This document shows, in pieces, positions 35,663 through 43,803 of a stretch of DNA of 64,000 bases. Position 1 is the stretch's first letter. Every line of letters begins with the position of its first letter. The stretch lies in assembly GCA_965220125.1 (NCBI GenBank), contig CBDCPB010000004.1, positions 1,478,227-1,542,226 of the forward strand. Reading direction: 5' to 3'. The notes under the pieces are model-generated. The model saw nothing but the letters and a program-made list of their open reading frames with translations, ran no database searches and was not told the DNA's origin. The stretch comes from Dehalococcoidia bacterium. GTDB lineage: Bacteria > Chloroflexota > Dehalococcoidia > UBA2979. The translations under genes and the position numbers were made by a program.

Positions 35663-35975
35663 TCCCTTTCGTGGGGAGCGGAGGGGTCGAGGGTGAGGGC
35701 TTACCTGGGCGCGAGGAGGGGTCGGGAGCAGCGAGAGACGCCCACCGGTCCAGGCGGGTGGGTGGGCCGAGCGGCCCTGCGAGGTATCCCTCGCGTCTGC
35801 GACACGACCGTGCGCACGCTCCTCCGAGATGGGGGGGGTGCGGCCCCCGCACCCCCCAGACAGACGCACAATCGCTCTCGAAGGCTCCTTGCCACCCGGA
35901 GGTATGGCGTGCCCCTCACCCCCGCCCTCTCCCCAGGGAGAGGGCGCCGGACCGCCCTCGAACGGGAGTTTCGCG
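35663..35975. repeat. GC-rich palindromic intergenic repeat (locus E, mostly inverted orientation)
   Basis: GGGTGGGTGGGCCGAGCGGCCCTGCGAGGTATCCCTCGCGTCTGCGACACGAC is the reverse complement of the locus A/D module. Also GGGGGGGTGCGGCCCCCGCACCCCCC and CCCTCTCCCCAGGGAGAGGGCGCCGG. Confidence 0.8.
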
Positions 35976-36076
35976 AACGTCTCCTCAGGGGGCGGCAGCG
36001 CGGCCAGCGCGGCGCGGTCGCGTATCATGCGGCGGGCGCTCGCAGGCGCGGGCCCGCAGCTACGGAGTGTGCGCGC

Positions 36077-37279
36077 GTGAAGTTCTACTTCTTCCACCTC
36101 ATGCCCTACCGCCACCTGCCGGACGACTTCAGCGCCACGCACCACAGCGTCTGGGTCGACATCCCCTCCAGCCTGCTGGACCCGCGGAAGACGGGCGAGC
36201 TCTACGACGAGTACATCGACCAACTCGTGCTCGCCTCGACGCTCGGCTACGACGGGGTGTGCGTGAACGAGCACCACCAGAACGGCTACGGGCTGATGCC
36301 CTCGCCGAACATCATCGCGGCCGCGCTCGCGCGCCAGACGAAGGACGTCGCGATCGTCCTGCTCGGCGACAGCATCGCGCTCTACAACCCGCCCACGCGC
36401 GTCGCCGAGGAGATCGCGATGCTCGACTGCATGAGCGGGGGCCGCATCGTCGCCGGCTTCCCCGTCGGCACGAGCATGGACACGAACTACTGCTACGGGC
36501 AGAACCCCGTGACGCTGCGCGAGAAGTACCGCGAGGCGGAGCAGCTGATCACACGCGCCTGGGCGGAGCCGGAGCCGTTCGCCTTCAACGGGCGCTACAC
36601 GCAGTTGCGTTACGTCAACGTCTGGCCGCGGCCGATCCAGGAGCCGCGTCCGCCGATCTGGATTCCCGGCGGCGGCTCCGTCGAGACCTGGGACTGGGTC
36701 TGCCAGCGGGGCCACATGTACGCCGCGCTCTCCTTCTCCGGCTTCAAACGCTCCCAGAAGACGTTCGAGGAGTTCTGGCCCGTCGTCGACTCCTACGATC
36801 TGCCGCGCAATCCCTACCGCGCGGGCATCATCCAGTTCATCGGCGTCGGCGACAGCGAGGAGCACGCCGAGGAGCTCTACGCGGAGCACCTCGAGTGGTT
36901 CTACAACAAGACGCAGCACGTCTACGGCGGCTTCATCGACGCGCCCGGCTACCGCACCGAGAAGACGATCGCCGGCGGCTTCACCACCGAGTACACGGAC
37001 GTGCGCATCACCGAGCGCAAGTGGGCGCAGCTGATCGACGAGGGCGTGATCATCCACGGCTCGCCGAAGCAGGTGACCGAAAAGCTCGAGTGGCTGGTCA
37101 AGGAGATCAACCTCGGCGCGATCATGGTGATGGCGCACTTCGGCTCGATGCCGCGCGATACCGCCGAGTACAACATGACGCGCATCGCCAGAGAGGTGCT
37201 CCCGAACCTGCGGCACCTCCACTCCGAGTGGGAAGACGAGTGGTATCCGCAGCACGCGCGGAGGGCGCCCGGTGCCTGA
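36077..37279 (+). CDS. Luciferase-like monooxygenase (LLM) class flavin/F420-dependent oxidoreductase
   Basis: VKFYFFHLMPYRHLPDDF... (canonical MKFGxF start)...GYDGVCVNEHHQNGYGLMPSPNIIAAALA.... GTG start at 36077; the upstream ORF part lies in the repeat. Confidence 0.75.
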   Translation: MKFYFFHLMPYRHLPDDFSATHHSVWVDIPSSLLDPRKTGELYDEYIDQLVLASTLGYDGVCVNEHHQNGYGLMPSPNIIAAALARQTKDVAIVLLGDSIALYNPPTRVAEEIAMLDCMSGGRIVAGFPVGTSMDTNYCYGQNPVTLREKYREAEQLITRAWAEPEPFAFNGRYTQLRYVNVWPRPIQEPRPPIWIPGGGSVETWDWVCQRGHMYAALSFSGFKRSQKTFEEFWPVVDSYDLPRNPYRAGIIQFIGVGDSEEHAEELYAEHLEWFYNKTQHVYGGFIDAPGYRTEKTIAGGFTTEYTDVRITERKWAQLIDEGVIIHGSPKQVTEKLEWLVKEINLGAIMVMAHFGSMPRDTAEYNMTRIAREVLPNLRHLHSEWEDEWYPQHARRAPGA

Positions 37280-38075
37280 GCCGGAGCAGCGCCTCGTCCG
37301 CACCTTCGACGGCAGCGTCGAGGTTCCCGTCCGCATCGTCGGCGACGGTCCGCCGCTGCTCTACCTGCACGGCACCTTCGGCCTCGTCGAGGACGAGTTC
37401 ATCGACGCGCTCGCGGCGAGCGCGACCGTCTACGCCCCCACCCCGCCCGGCTTCGAGGGCTCCGAGGGCGCGGAGTTCGTCTACGAGAACGTGACGGAGA
37501 TCACGCTGCACCACGACGACCTGCTGACCGCGCTCGGCCTCGAGGGGCCGATCGACGTGGTGGGGCACTCGTTCGGGGCGTTCCTGGCGCAGGAGATCGC
37601 CGCCTTCTTCCCGGCGCGGGTGCGGCGGCTCGCGCTGATCAGCGCGCTCGGCCTCTGGCTGGAGGAGGCGCCGCAGCCCGATCTCTTCGGACTCACCCCC
37701 GGCACGCTCGCGCGCGCGATCTTCGCCGACATCGAGAGCCCGGCAGCACGCCGCATGTTCACGCCTCCACCGGATCGCGAGGAAGCCCGGCTCTGGAACC
37801 GCGCCCGGCGGCGCGGGCTGATCGGCGCTGCCAAGTACCTCTGGCCGCTGCCCGACAAGGGCTTCGCGCGCCGCGCCTACCGCGTGCGCGCACCCTCGCT
37901 GCTGCTCTGGGGCGCCGAGGACGCCGTCGTCCCGCCCGACCCCTACGTCGACGCCTACCGCTCGCTGCTGCCGGACGCGACCGCGGAGCTGATCCCCGGC
38001 GCGGGCCACATGGTGGTCGAGGAGCAGCCGGCCGAGGCCGCCCGCGCCGTGCTCAGCCACCTGCGCGGGGCCTGA
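37272..38075 (+). CDS. Alpha/beta-hydrolase fold protein
   Basis: PLLYLHGTFG...VVGHSFGAFLAQEIA (G-H-S-x-G nucleophile)...GAGHMVVEEQP. Probable GTG start overlaps the upstream LLM stop. Confidence 0.75.
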   Translation: MPEPEQRLVRTFDGSVEVPVRIVGDGPPLLYLHGTFGLVEDEFIDALAASATVYAPTPPGFEGSEGAEFVYENVTEITLHHDDLLTALGLEGPIDVVGHSFGAFLAQEIAAFFPARVRRLALISALGLWLEEAPQPDLFGLTPGTLARAIFADIESPAARRMFTPPPDREEARLWNRARRRGLIGAAKYLWPLPDKGFARRAYRVRAPSLLLWGAEDAVVPPDPYVDAYRSLLPDATAELIPGAGHMVVEEQPAEAARAVLSHLRGA

Positions 38076-38083
38076 CGGCGCGC

Positions 38084-38707
38084 GTGCGGGAACTCGAAGC
38101 CCTCGAACGGCTCGCGAGCGCGGACTCGCTGCGCATCGGGCTGGTCTCGGATACGCACATCCCGGAGGCGATGCCCAGGCTCTGGCCGCAGGTCTTCACG
38201 GCGTTCCGCGACGTGGACTGCATCCTGCACGCCGGCGACATCCACGACCTCTCGGTGATCGACCAGCTCTCGGAGGTCGCGCCCACCTACGTGGCGCGCG
38301 GGAACGGCGACGACGGCTCGGGCGGGCGTCCCGTGCAGCCCGAGGACCCGCGGCTGCGCGAGGGCTGGGCGCTGGAACTCGCCGGACTGCTCGTGGGCAT
38401 CGCACACACCATCCCGGTCCCCCGCGAGAGCGCGTGGACGCTGGAGCGGGCGATGCAGCGCTACTGCGGCCGCACGGACATGGACGTGATGATCTTCGGC
38501 GACACGCACTCCGAGTGGGTCGAGTGGGTCGACGGCGTGCTCTGCGTGAACCCCGGCTCCCCGACGCTGCCGAGGAACCTGCGGGCGCGCCTCGGCACGA
38601 TCGGCTTCCTCGAGATCGCGAACGGCCGCGCGCACCCGAGCATCTGGCAGCTCACCGAGCACGGCATCGCCGCCTTCGACTGGGCGCACTGGCGCCGCCC
38701 GGTCTAG
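38084..38707 (+). CDS. Metallophosphoesterase (YfcE/MJ0936-like)
   Basis: LRIGLVSDTHIP...ILHAGDIHD...FGDTHSEWVEWVDGVLCVNPGS carry the D-x-H, GD and GNH-like metal-binding motifs. Confidence 0.7.
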   Translation: MRELEALERLASADSLRIGLVSDTHIPEAMPRLWPQVFTAFRDVDCILHAGDIHDLSVIDQLSEVAPTYVARGNGDDGSGGRPVQPEDPRLREGWALELAGLLVGIAHTIPVPRESAWTLERAMQRYCGRTDMDVMIFGDTHSEWVEWVDGVLCVNPGSPTLPRNLRARLGTIGFLEIANGRAHPSIWQLTEHGIAAFDWAHWRRPV

Positions 38708-38723
38708 GGGCGGCCGCCGCGAG

Positions 38724-39785
38724 TCAGGCGGCGGCCGGGGTGCGCTCCATCTCGCCGTAGGACGGGATCGCCCTGATCTCCGCCATGAGTTCCTTGATGT
38801 GCTCCTCGTCGTCGGGATCCTCGATCTCGGCTCGGAGGTGGATCTCGGTGTTGAGGCCGCCGTAGGCCTCGCGCATCTTGCCGGCGATCTCGTCCCAGGT
38901 GCCGACGATCGCGAACTTCTCGAGGAAGTCGTCGTCGATGATCTTCACCATCTCCTCCCACTTCTGCTCGATCGAGAGGCGGTGCAGCAGCATCGCCTCG
39001 TCCTGGAGGCCCGCCATGTTCATCGCGTCGTGGTAGCTGCGCGTCGAGGCGTAGAAGGACATCCAGCGCTTCAACTCGGCCATCTCGGCGACGAGCTTCT
39101 CCTCGTTCTTCGCCGTGACGACGAAGCCGCCGCCGGAGATCACCATGTCCTTGAGATCCCTGCCTGATCGCCGCGCACCCTCCTCGAGGGCGGGGACCAG
39201 CACCTGGTCGCGGTAGGCCCAGCTCATCATCCTGTGCCAGAGCACGCCATCGCCCACCTCGGCAGCCAGCCGCGTGTTGAGTGGCCGCACGGCGGCCAGC
39301 ACGATCGGCGGGTCCGGGTAGTCGATCGGGCCGGGGTTCCAGTTCCAGGCGTCGAGGGTGTAGCGGTAGTACTTGCCTTCGTAGTTCGGCTTCTCGCCGG
39401 TGCGCCAGGTGTGCCAGCAGGCGCGCATCATCTCGATGTACTCGCGCAGGCGCGGGTTGGGCGGGCCCCAGGGGACGGAGAAGCGCCGCTCGTTGTGGCC
39501 CTTGACCTGGGTGCCCATGCCGAGGATGAAGCGCCCGCCGGAGTACTCCTGGAGATCCCAGCCGTGGTTCGCCATCACGTACGGCGAGCGCGCGAAGGCG
39601 ACCGTCACGTTCGAGCCGATGCGCACGTGCTCGCTGTGCTCGGCCACGAGGGCGAGCGCGGTGAACGGGTTGTGCTGGGCCTCGGGCACCCAGAGCGTGT
39701 CGAAGCCCATCGCCTCGCGCTGGCGCGCGAAGGCCGGGGCCTCCCCCATCTTCTTGTGGGGGTGCAGTCCGCACGTCACCCGCAT
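38724..39785 (-). CDS. Luciferase-like monooxygenase (LLM) class oxidoreductase, probably F420-dependent, tandem paralog 1
   Basis: MRVTCGLHPHKKMGEAPAFARQREAMGFDTLWVPEAQHNPFTALALVAEHSEHVRIGSNVTVAFARSPYVMANHGWDLQEYSGGRFILGMGTQ. Confidence 0.8.
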   Translation of the reverse strand: MRVTCGLHPHKKMGEAPAFARQREAMGFDTLWVPEAQHNPFTALALVAEHSEHVRIGSNVTVAFARSPYVMANHGWDLQEYSGGRFILGMGTQVKGHNERRFSVPWGPPNPRLREYIEMMRACWHTWRTGEKPNYEGKYYRYTLDAWNWNPGPIDYPDPPIVLAAVRPLNTRLAAEVGDGVLWHRMMSWAYRDQVLVPALEEGARRSGRDLKDMVISGGGFVVTAKNEEKLVAEMAELKRWMSFYASTRSYHDAMNMAGLQDEAMLLHRLSIEQKWEEMVKIIDDDFLEKFAIVGTWDEIAGKMREAYGGLNTEIHLRAEIEDPDDEEHIKELMAEIRAIPSYGEMERTPAAA

Positions 39786-39858
39786 CGCGCTACATCCTCT
39801 CCCGCAGCTGCGCCCGCCTCCGGCGGAGGCCGGCCCGCGGGAGGCGCGTCAGCTCGCG

Positions 39859-40920
39859 CTACGCGGCGGCCGGAATGCGCTCCATCTCGCCGTACGGCGG
39901 GATCGCCTTGATCTCCGCCATGACTTCCTTGATGTGCTCCTCGTCGTCGGGGTCCTCAAGGTCGGCGCTGAAGCTGATCTCGGTGTTGAGACCGCCGTAG
40001 ACCTCGCGCATCTTCGCGGGGATCTCGTCCCAGGTGCCGATGATCGCGAACTTCTCGAGGAAGTCGTCGTCGATGATCTTCACCATCTCCGCCCACTTCT
40101 GCTCGATCGAGAGGCGGTGCAGCAGCATCGCCTCGTCCTGGAGGCCCGCCATGTTCATGGCGTCGTGGTAGCTGCGCGTCGAGGCGTAGAACGACATCCA
40201 GCGCTTCTGCTCGGCCATCGCCTCGACGAGCTTCTCCTCGTTCTTCGCCGTGACGACGAAGCCGCCACCGGAGATCACGATGTCCTTCATGTCCTTGCCC
40301 GCGCGCCGCGCGCCCTCCTCGAGGGCGGGGACCAGCACCTGGTCGCGGTAGGCCCAGCTCATCATCCCGTGCCAGAGCACGCCGTCGCCGACCTGGGAGG
40401 CCAGCCGCGTGTTCAGCGGCCGCACGGCGGCCAGCACGACCGGCGGGTCCGGGTAGTCGATCGGGCCGGGGTTCCAGTTCCAGGCGTCGAGGGTGTAGCG
40501 GTAGTAGTTGCCCTCGTAGTTGGGCTTCTCGCCGGTACGCCAGGTGTGCCAGCAGGCGCGCATCATCTCGATGTACTCGCGGAGGCGCGGGTTGGGCGGG
40601 CCCCACGGCACCGAGAAGCGCCGCTCGTTGTGGCCCTTGATCTGCGTGCCCATGCCGATGATGAAGCGCCCGCCGGAGAACTCCTGGAGGTCCCAGCCGT
40701 GGTTCGCCATCACGTACGGCGAGCGCGCGAAGGCGACCGTGACATTCGAGCCGATCCGCACGTTCTCGCTGTGCTCGGCGACGAGCGCGAGCGCGGTGAA
40801 CGGGTTGTGCTGGGCCTCGGGCACCCAGAGCGCGTCGTAGCCCATCTCCTCGCGCTTGCGCGCGAAGGCCGGGGCCTCGCCCATGTTCTTGTGGGGGTGC
40901 AGTCCGCATGTGACCCTCAT
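39859..40920 (-). CDS. Luciferase-like monooxygenase (LLM) class oxidoreductase, probably F420-dependent, tandem paralog 2
   Basis: About 90% identical to 38724-39785 over 353 aa. Start at internal ATG (MRVTCGL); the upstream ORF part is Arg-rich read-through. Confidence 0.8.
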   Translation of the reverse strand: MRVTCGLHPHKNMGEAPAFARKREEMGYDALWVPEAQHNPFTALALVAEHSENVRIGSNVTVAFARSPYVMANHGWDLQEFSGGRFIIGMGTQIKGHNERRFSVPWGPPNPRLREYIEMMRACWHTWRTGEKPNYEGNYYRYTLDAWNWNPGPIDYPDPPVVLAAVRPLNTRLASQVGDGVLWHGMMSWAYRDQVLVPALEEGARRAGKDMKDIVISGGGFVVTAKNEEKLVEAMAEQKRWMSFYASTRSYHDAMNMAGLQDEAMLLHRLSIEQKWAEMVKIIDDDFLEKFAIIGTWDEIPAKMREVYGGLNTEISFSADLEDPDDEEHIKEVMAEIKAIPPYGEMERIPAAA

Positions 40921-41366
40921 CGCGTTGCATCCTTTCCTGCCGGCTGCGCCGGCGCACTGCGGAAGCCGGCCCGGGAGCCGTCCACCGTGATCTTGCGATA
41001 CGCGATGCGCCAGCCGGCGGCGTCGCGCCTCAGCCTGTCCTCGTACACCCCGCTCGTGCCCGGCCGCACGTCGCCATCGTCGAGGTGCAGTACGAGCAAG
41101 TCTAGCGTCATCGAGGCCTCGTCCCCGTCGCCCTCGATGACGGCGTTGCTGGTCCAGTGCTTGCGGGTGTGCGCCTGCGCGGCGCGCGCACGGAACTCCT
41201 CGACGATCGCGTCGCGCCCCTGCCGCGCGCCGCGCGCGGAGGACTCCCACACGGCGTCCTCCGTGAAGACGCCCTCGAGCGCCTCGGGGTCGCCACGATC
41301 GAGCGCCCGGCAGTAGCGGGCGGCCACCTCGAGGATGTCGAGCCGGTCATCGCAGGAGAGCGGCAC
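40917..41366 (-). CDS. SnoaL-like/NTF2-fold protein, tandem paralog 1 of 5
   Basis: VPLSCDDRLDILEVAARYCRALDRGDPEALEGVFTEDAVWES... Likely GTG start with GGAAGGA Shine-Dalgarno; 4-nt overlap with the LLM gene. Confidence 0.6.
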   Translation of the reverse strand: MPLSCDDRLDILEVAARYCRALDRGDPEALEGVFTEDAVWESSARGARQGRDAIVEEFRARAAQAHTRKHWTSNAVIEGDGDEASMTLDLLVLHLDDGDVRPGTSGVYEDRLRRDAAGWRIAYRKITVDGSRAGFRSAPAQPAGKDATR

Positions 41367-41407
41367 GGCGTTCCTTCCCGGTCTACTCGCGGTCCGTCCG
41401 GCGAACG

Positions 41408-41791
41408 CTACGAGTCGGGGTGGACCTTGCGGTGCGTGAACTTCCATTGCCCGTCCACGCGCTTGAGCGTGTCGTGGTACATGCCGGAGATGCGGATCGC
41501 CGGCGGGCCGGAGACGTCGAAGGTGACGAGGTAGACCTTCGCCGTCGCGTCGTCGCCGTCGCCGTCGATCAGGACGTTGTTGTTCCAGTGGCGGATGCGG
41601 TTGCTCTGATCGCGTCCGCGCACGAACGCCAGCATCTCCTCGCGGCCGCTGACCTTGCCGGCGCTGCCCTCGAAGACGCCGTCGTCCGTGAAGGTGTCGG
41701 CCCAGGCCTCGGGCTGGCTGCTGTCGATCGCGTGGTTGTAGCGGGCCATCAACTCCATGATGTCGAGCTGGTCCTCGATTGAGAGCGGCAT
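41408..41791 (-). CDS. SnoaL-like/NTF2-fold protein, tandem paralog 2 of 5
   Basis: MPLSIEDQLDIMELMARYNHAIDSSQPEAWADTFTDDGVFEG...WKFTHRKVHPDS. GGAAGGACGGAGGA Shine-Dalgarno. Confidence 0.7.
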   Translation of the reverse strand: MPLSIEDQLDIMELMARYNHAIDSSQPEAWADTFTDDGVFEGSAGKVSGREEMLAFVRGRDQSNRIRHWNNNVLIDGDGDDATAKVYLVTFDVSGPPAIRISGMYHDTLKRVDGQWKFTHRKVHPDS

Positions 41792-41838
41792 GGCGTCCTC
41801 CGTCCTTCCCTGCGAGGCGATGCCTCGTGTCTCCGGTC

Positions 41839-42222
41839 CTACTGGTCCGGGTGGACCTTGCGATGCGTGAACTTCCACTCGCCGTCGACGCGCACGAGCG
41901 TGTCGTGGTACGTCCCGCTCGCGATCAGCGCCACCGCCCCGTCGTCATTGAGGCCGGTGCGGACGAGGTAGACCCTCGCGGTGGCATGGTCGCCGTCGGC
42001 CTCGATGATCGGGCTGTTGAGCCAGTGCTTCCAGAGGCCGCCGCCGCTGGCGATCACCTGCACGAGCTCGTCGCGGCCGCGGGCGCTGCTCATGCTGCCC
42101 TCGAACAGCGCGTCCTCGGTGAAGGTGTCGGCGAAGCCCTCGCCGTCTCCGCCGTCGGCGCAGTGGTTGTACTGGTTCATCAGGTCGAGGATCGCGAGGC
42201 GATCGTCAACGGATAGCGGCAC
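41839..42222 (-). CDS. SnoaL-like/NTF2-fold protein, tandem paralog 3 of 5
   Basis: (V/M)PLSVDDRLAILDLMNQYNHCADGGDGEGFADTFTEDALFEG...WKFTHRKVHPDQ. GGAGGAA Shine-Dalgarno; GTG start. Confidence 0.7.
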   Translation of the reverse strand: MPLSVDDRLAILDLMNQYNHCADGGDGEGFADTFTEDALFEGSMSSARGRDELVQVIASGGGLWKHWLNSPIIEADGDHATARVYLVRTGLNDDGAVALIASGTYHDTLVRVDGEWKFTHRKVHPDQ

Positions 42223-42251
42223 GGGCGTTCCTCCGGGCTTCCTCGCGGCGC

Positions 42252-42653
42252 TCAGTAGTCGATGCGGGAGTGCACGCGCAGCTCGCGTTTGGCGAAGAGC
42301 CAGCCCTCCGGCTCACGCCGCACCGTGTCGTAGTAGGTCCCGATCATCAGCGTGCGCCGCGGCTCCACGATCTCGACCAGCCAGAGGTACTGCTCGATCG
42401 TCGCGTGGTCCCCGTCGCCCTCGATGACCGGGCTGTTGGTCCAGTGCTTCTTCGTGTGCGCCTGCGTCGCGCGGGTGGCGGCGTGCGCACGAATCGCCTC
42501 GCGGCTCGTGACCACGCCGGAGGTGTCGGAGTCCCACACGCCGTCCTCGGTGAACGTCTCCGCCCGCGTGTCGACATCGCCGCTGTCGACGGCGTGGTTG
42601 TAGCGCGTCACGAGGGCGAGAATCGCCATCCGGTCCTCGACAGATAGCGGCAT
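42252..42653 (-). CDS. SnoaL-like/NTF2-fold protein, tandem paralog 4 of 5
   Basis: MPLSVEDRMAILALVTRYNHAVDSGDVDTRAETFTEDGVWDS...; GGAGGAG Shine-Dalgarno. Confidence 0.7.
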   Translation of the reverse strand: MPLSVEDRMAILALVTRYNHAVDSGDVDTRAETFTEDGVWDSDTSGVVTSREAIRAHAATRATQAHTKKHWTNSPVIEGDGDHATIEQYLWLVEIVEPRRTLMIGTYYDTVRREPEGWLFAKRELRVHSRIDY

Positions 42654-42655
42654 CG

Positions 42656-43084
42656 CTACTCCTCCGCCCGCCGTCCGCTGGCGCCGTCCGCATCGACGAC
42701 GATGCGCCGCCGGCTGAAGCGCCAGGCGCCGTCCACGCGCCGCAACTCATCCTCGCAGCGCCCGTACAGGCGCGGCTCGACGCTGTCGCGACGGCTCAGC
42801 ACGAGCAGCGACATTCCCAGCCTCGCCGCATCGCCGTCGCCGGGGACGCCCTCGATGATCGCGTTGCTGTTGAAGTGGCGGCGACGACGCCAGCCGTCCG
42901 GCCGCGAGGCGATGTAATGCGCGATCGCGGGCCGGCCGGCGATCGGCCCGGTGGCGGTCGCCTCGATCACTCCGTCCTCGGTAAAGAGCGCGGCGACGCC
43001 CTCGTGATCGCCCGAATCGACCGCGTGGTTGTAGCGCGCGGCGAGATCGAGAATCTCAAGCCGGTCGTCGACGGATGGCGGCAT
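42656..43084 (-). CDS. SnoaL-like/NTF2-fold protein, tandem paralog 5 of 5
   Basis: MPPSVDDRLEILDLAARYNHAVDSGDHEGVAALFTEDGVIEA.... Its stop abuts the start of paralog 4. Confidence 0.7.
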   Translation of the reverse strand: MPPSVDDRLEILDLAARYNHAVDSGDHEGVAALFTEDGVIEATATGPIAGRPAIAHYIASRPDGWRRRRHFNSNAIIEGVPGDGDAARLGMSLLVLSRRDSVEPRLYGRCEDELRRVDGAWRFSRRRIVVDADGASGRRAEE

Positions 43085-43205
43085 TCGCGGACCCCCCCGA
43101 AGCGGGGCGACGATAGCACATCGAGCACCCGCTCCCGCGTCCCGCGCCGCGCCGCCGCGGCGGCCCGCTATCCTTGGCGGCGAACTCCGGCGGGAGGGTG
43201 GCGCG

Positions 43206-43796
43206 ATGGCGGACTACGACGAGCGGACGGCGCTGGTGGTGGTGGACGTGCAGAACGACTTCGCCTCGCCGGACGGTAGCCTCTACGTGGACGGCGCGGC
43301 CGGCGCGATCGCGCGCACCAACGAGGAGATCGCGCGCGCCCTCGAGAGCGGCGCCTTCGTCGTCTACTCGCAGGACTGGCACCCGCAGCACACCCCGCAC
43401 TTCGCGCAGGACGGCGGCGTCTGGCCCGTGCACGGCGTCGCCGGCAGCTGGGGCGCCGAGCTGCACCCGGACCTCGCGATCACCGAGGGCGCACCGCGCG
43501 TGCGCAAGGGCGCCGACGGCAGCGACGCCTACTCCGCCTTCAGCGAGCGCGACCCGCAGAGCGGGGAGCAGGCGGCCACGGAGCTGGAGGCGCTGCTGCG
43601 CGAGCGCGCCATCGAGCGCGTCGTGATCGCCGGGCTGGCGACGGACTACTGCATCAAGGAGACGGCGCTGGACGCGTGCCGCCTCGGCTTCCCGACGACC
43701 GTGATCGCGGACGCGATCAGCGCCGTGAACCTCGAACCCGGCGACGGCGAGCGCGCGCTCGCGGCGATCCGCGAGGCGGGCGCGACGATCGAGTGA
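43206..43796 (+). CDS. pncA: Nicotinamidase/pyrazinamidase (isochorismatase family)
   Basis: TALVVVDVQNDFASPDGSLYV...VYSQDWHPQHTPHFA...VIAGLATDYCIKETALDA covers the catalytic D, K and C and the metal-binding D/H. Confidence 0.8.
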   Translation: MADYDERTALVVVDVQNDFASPDGSLYVDGAAGAIARTNEEIARALESGAFVVYSQDWHPQHTPHFAQDGGVWPVHGVAGSWGAELHPDLAITEGAPRVRKGADGSDAYSAFSERDPQSGEQAATELEALLRERAIERVVIAGLATDYCIKETALDACRLGFPTTVIADAISAVNLEPGDGERALAAIREAGATIE

Positions 43797-43803
43797 GCGC
43801 CGC

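Noticed and set aside
35693-36076. Upstream extension of the LLM ORF into repeat locus E, giving a 528-aa protein
   Set aside because: The extension lies inside the palindromic repeat cluster and encodes Gly/Arg/Pro-rich filler. The canonical LLM N-terminus (V/M)KFYFFHLMPY starts at the GTG at 36077.
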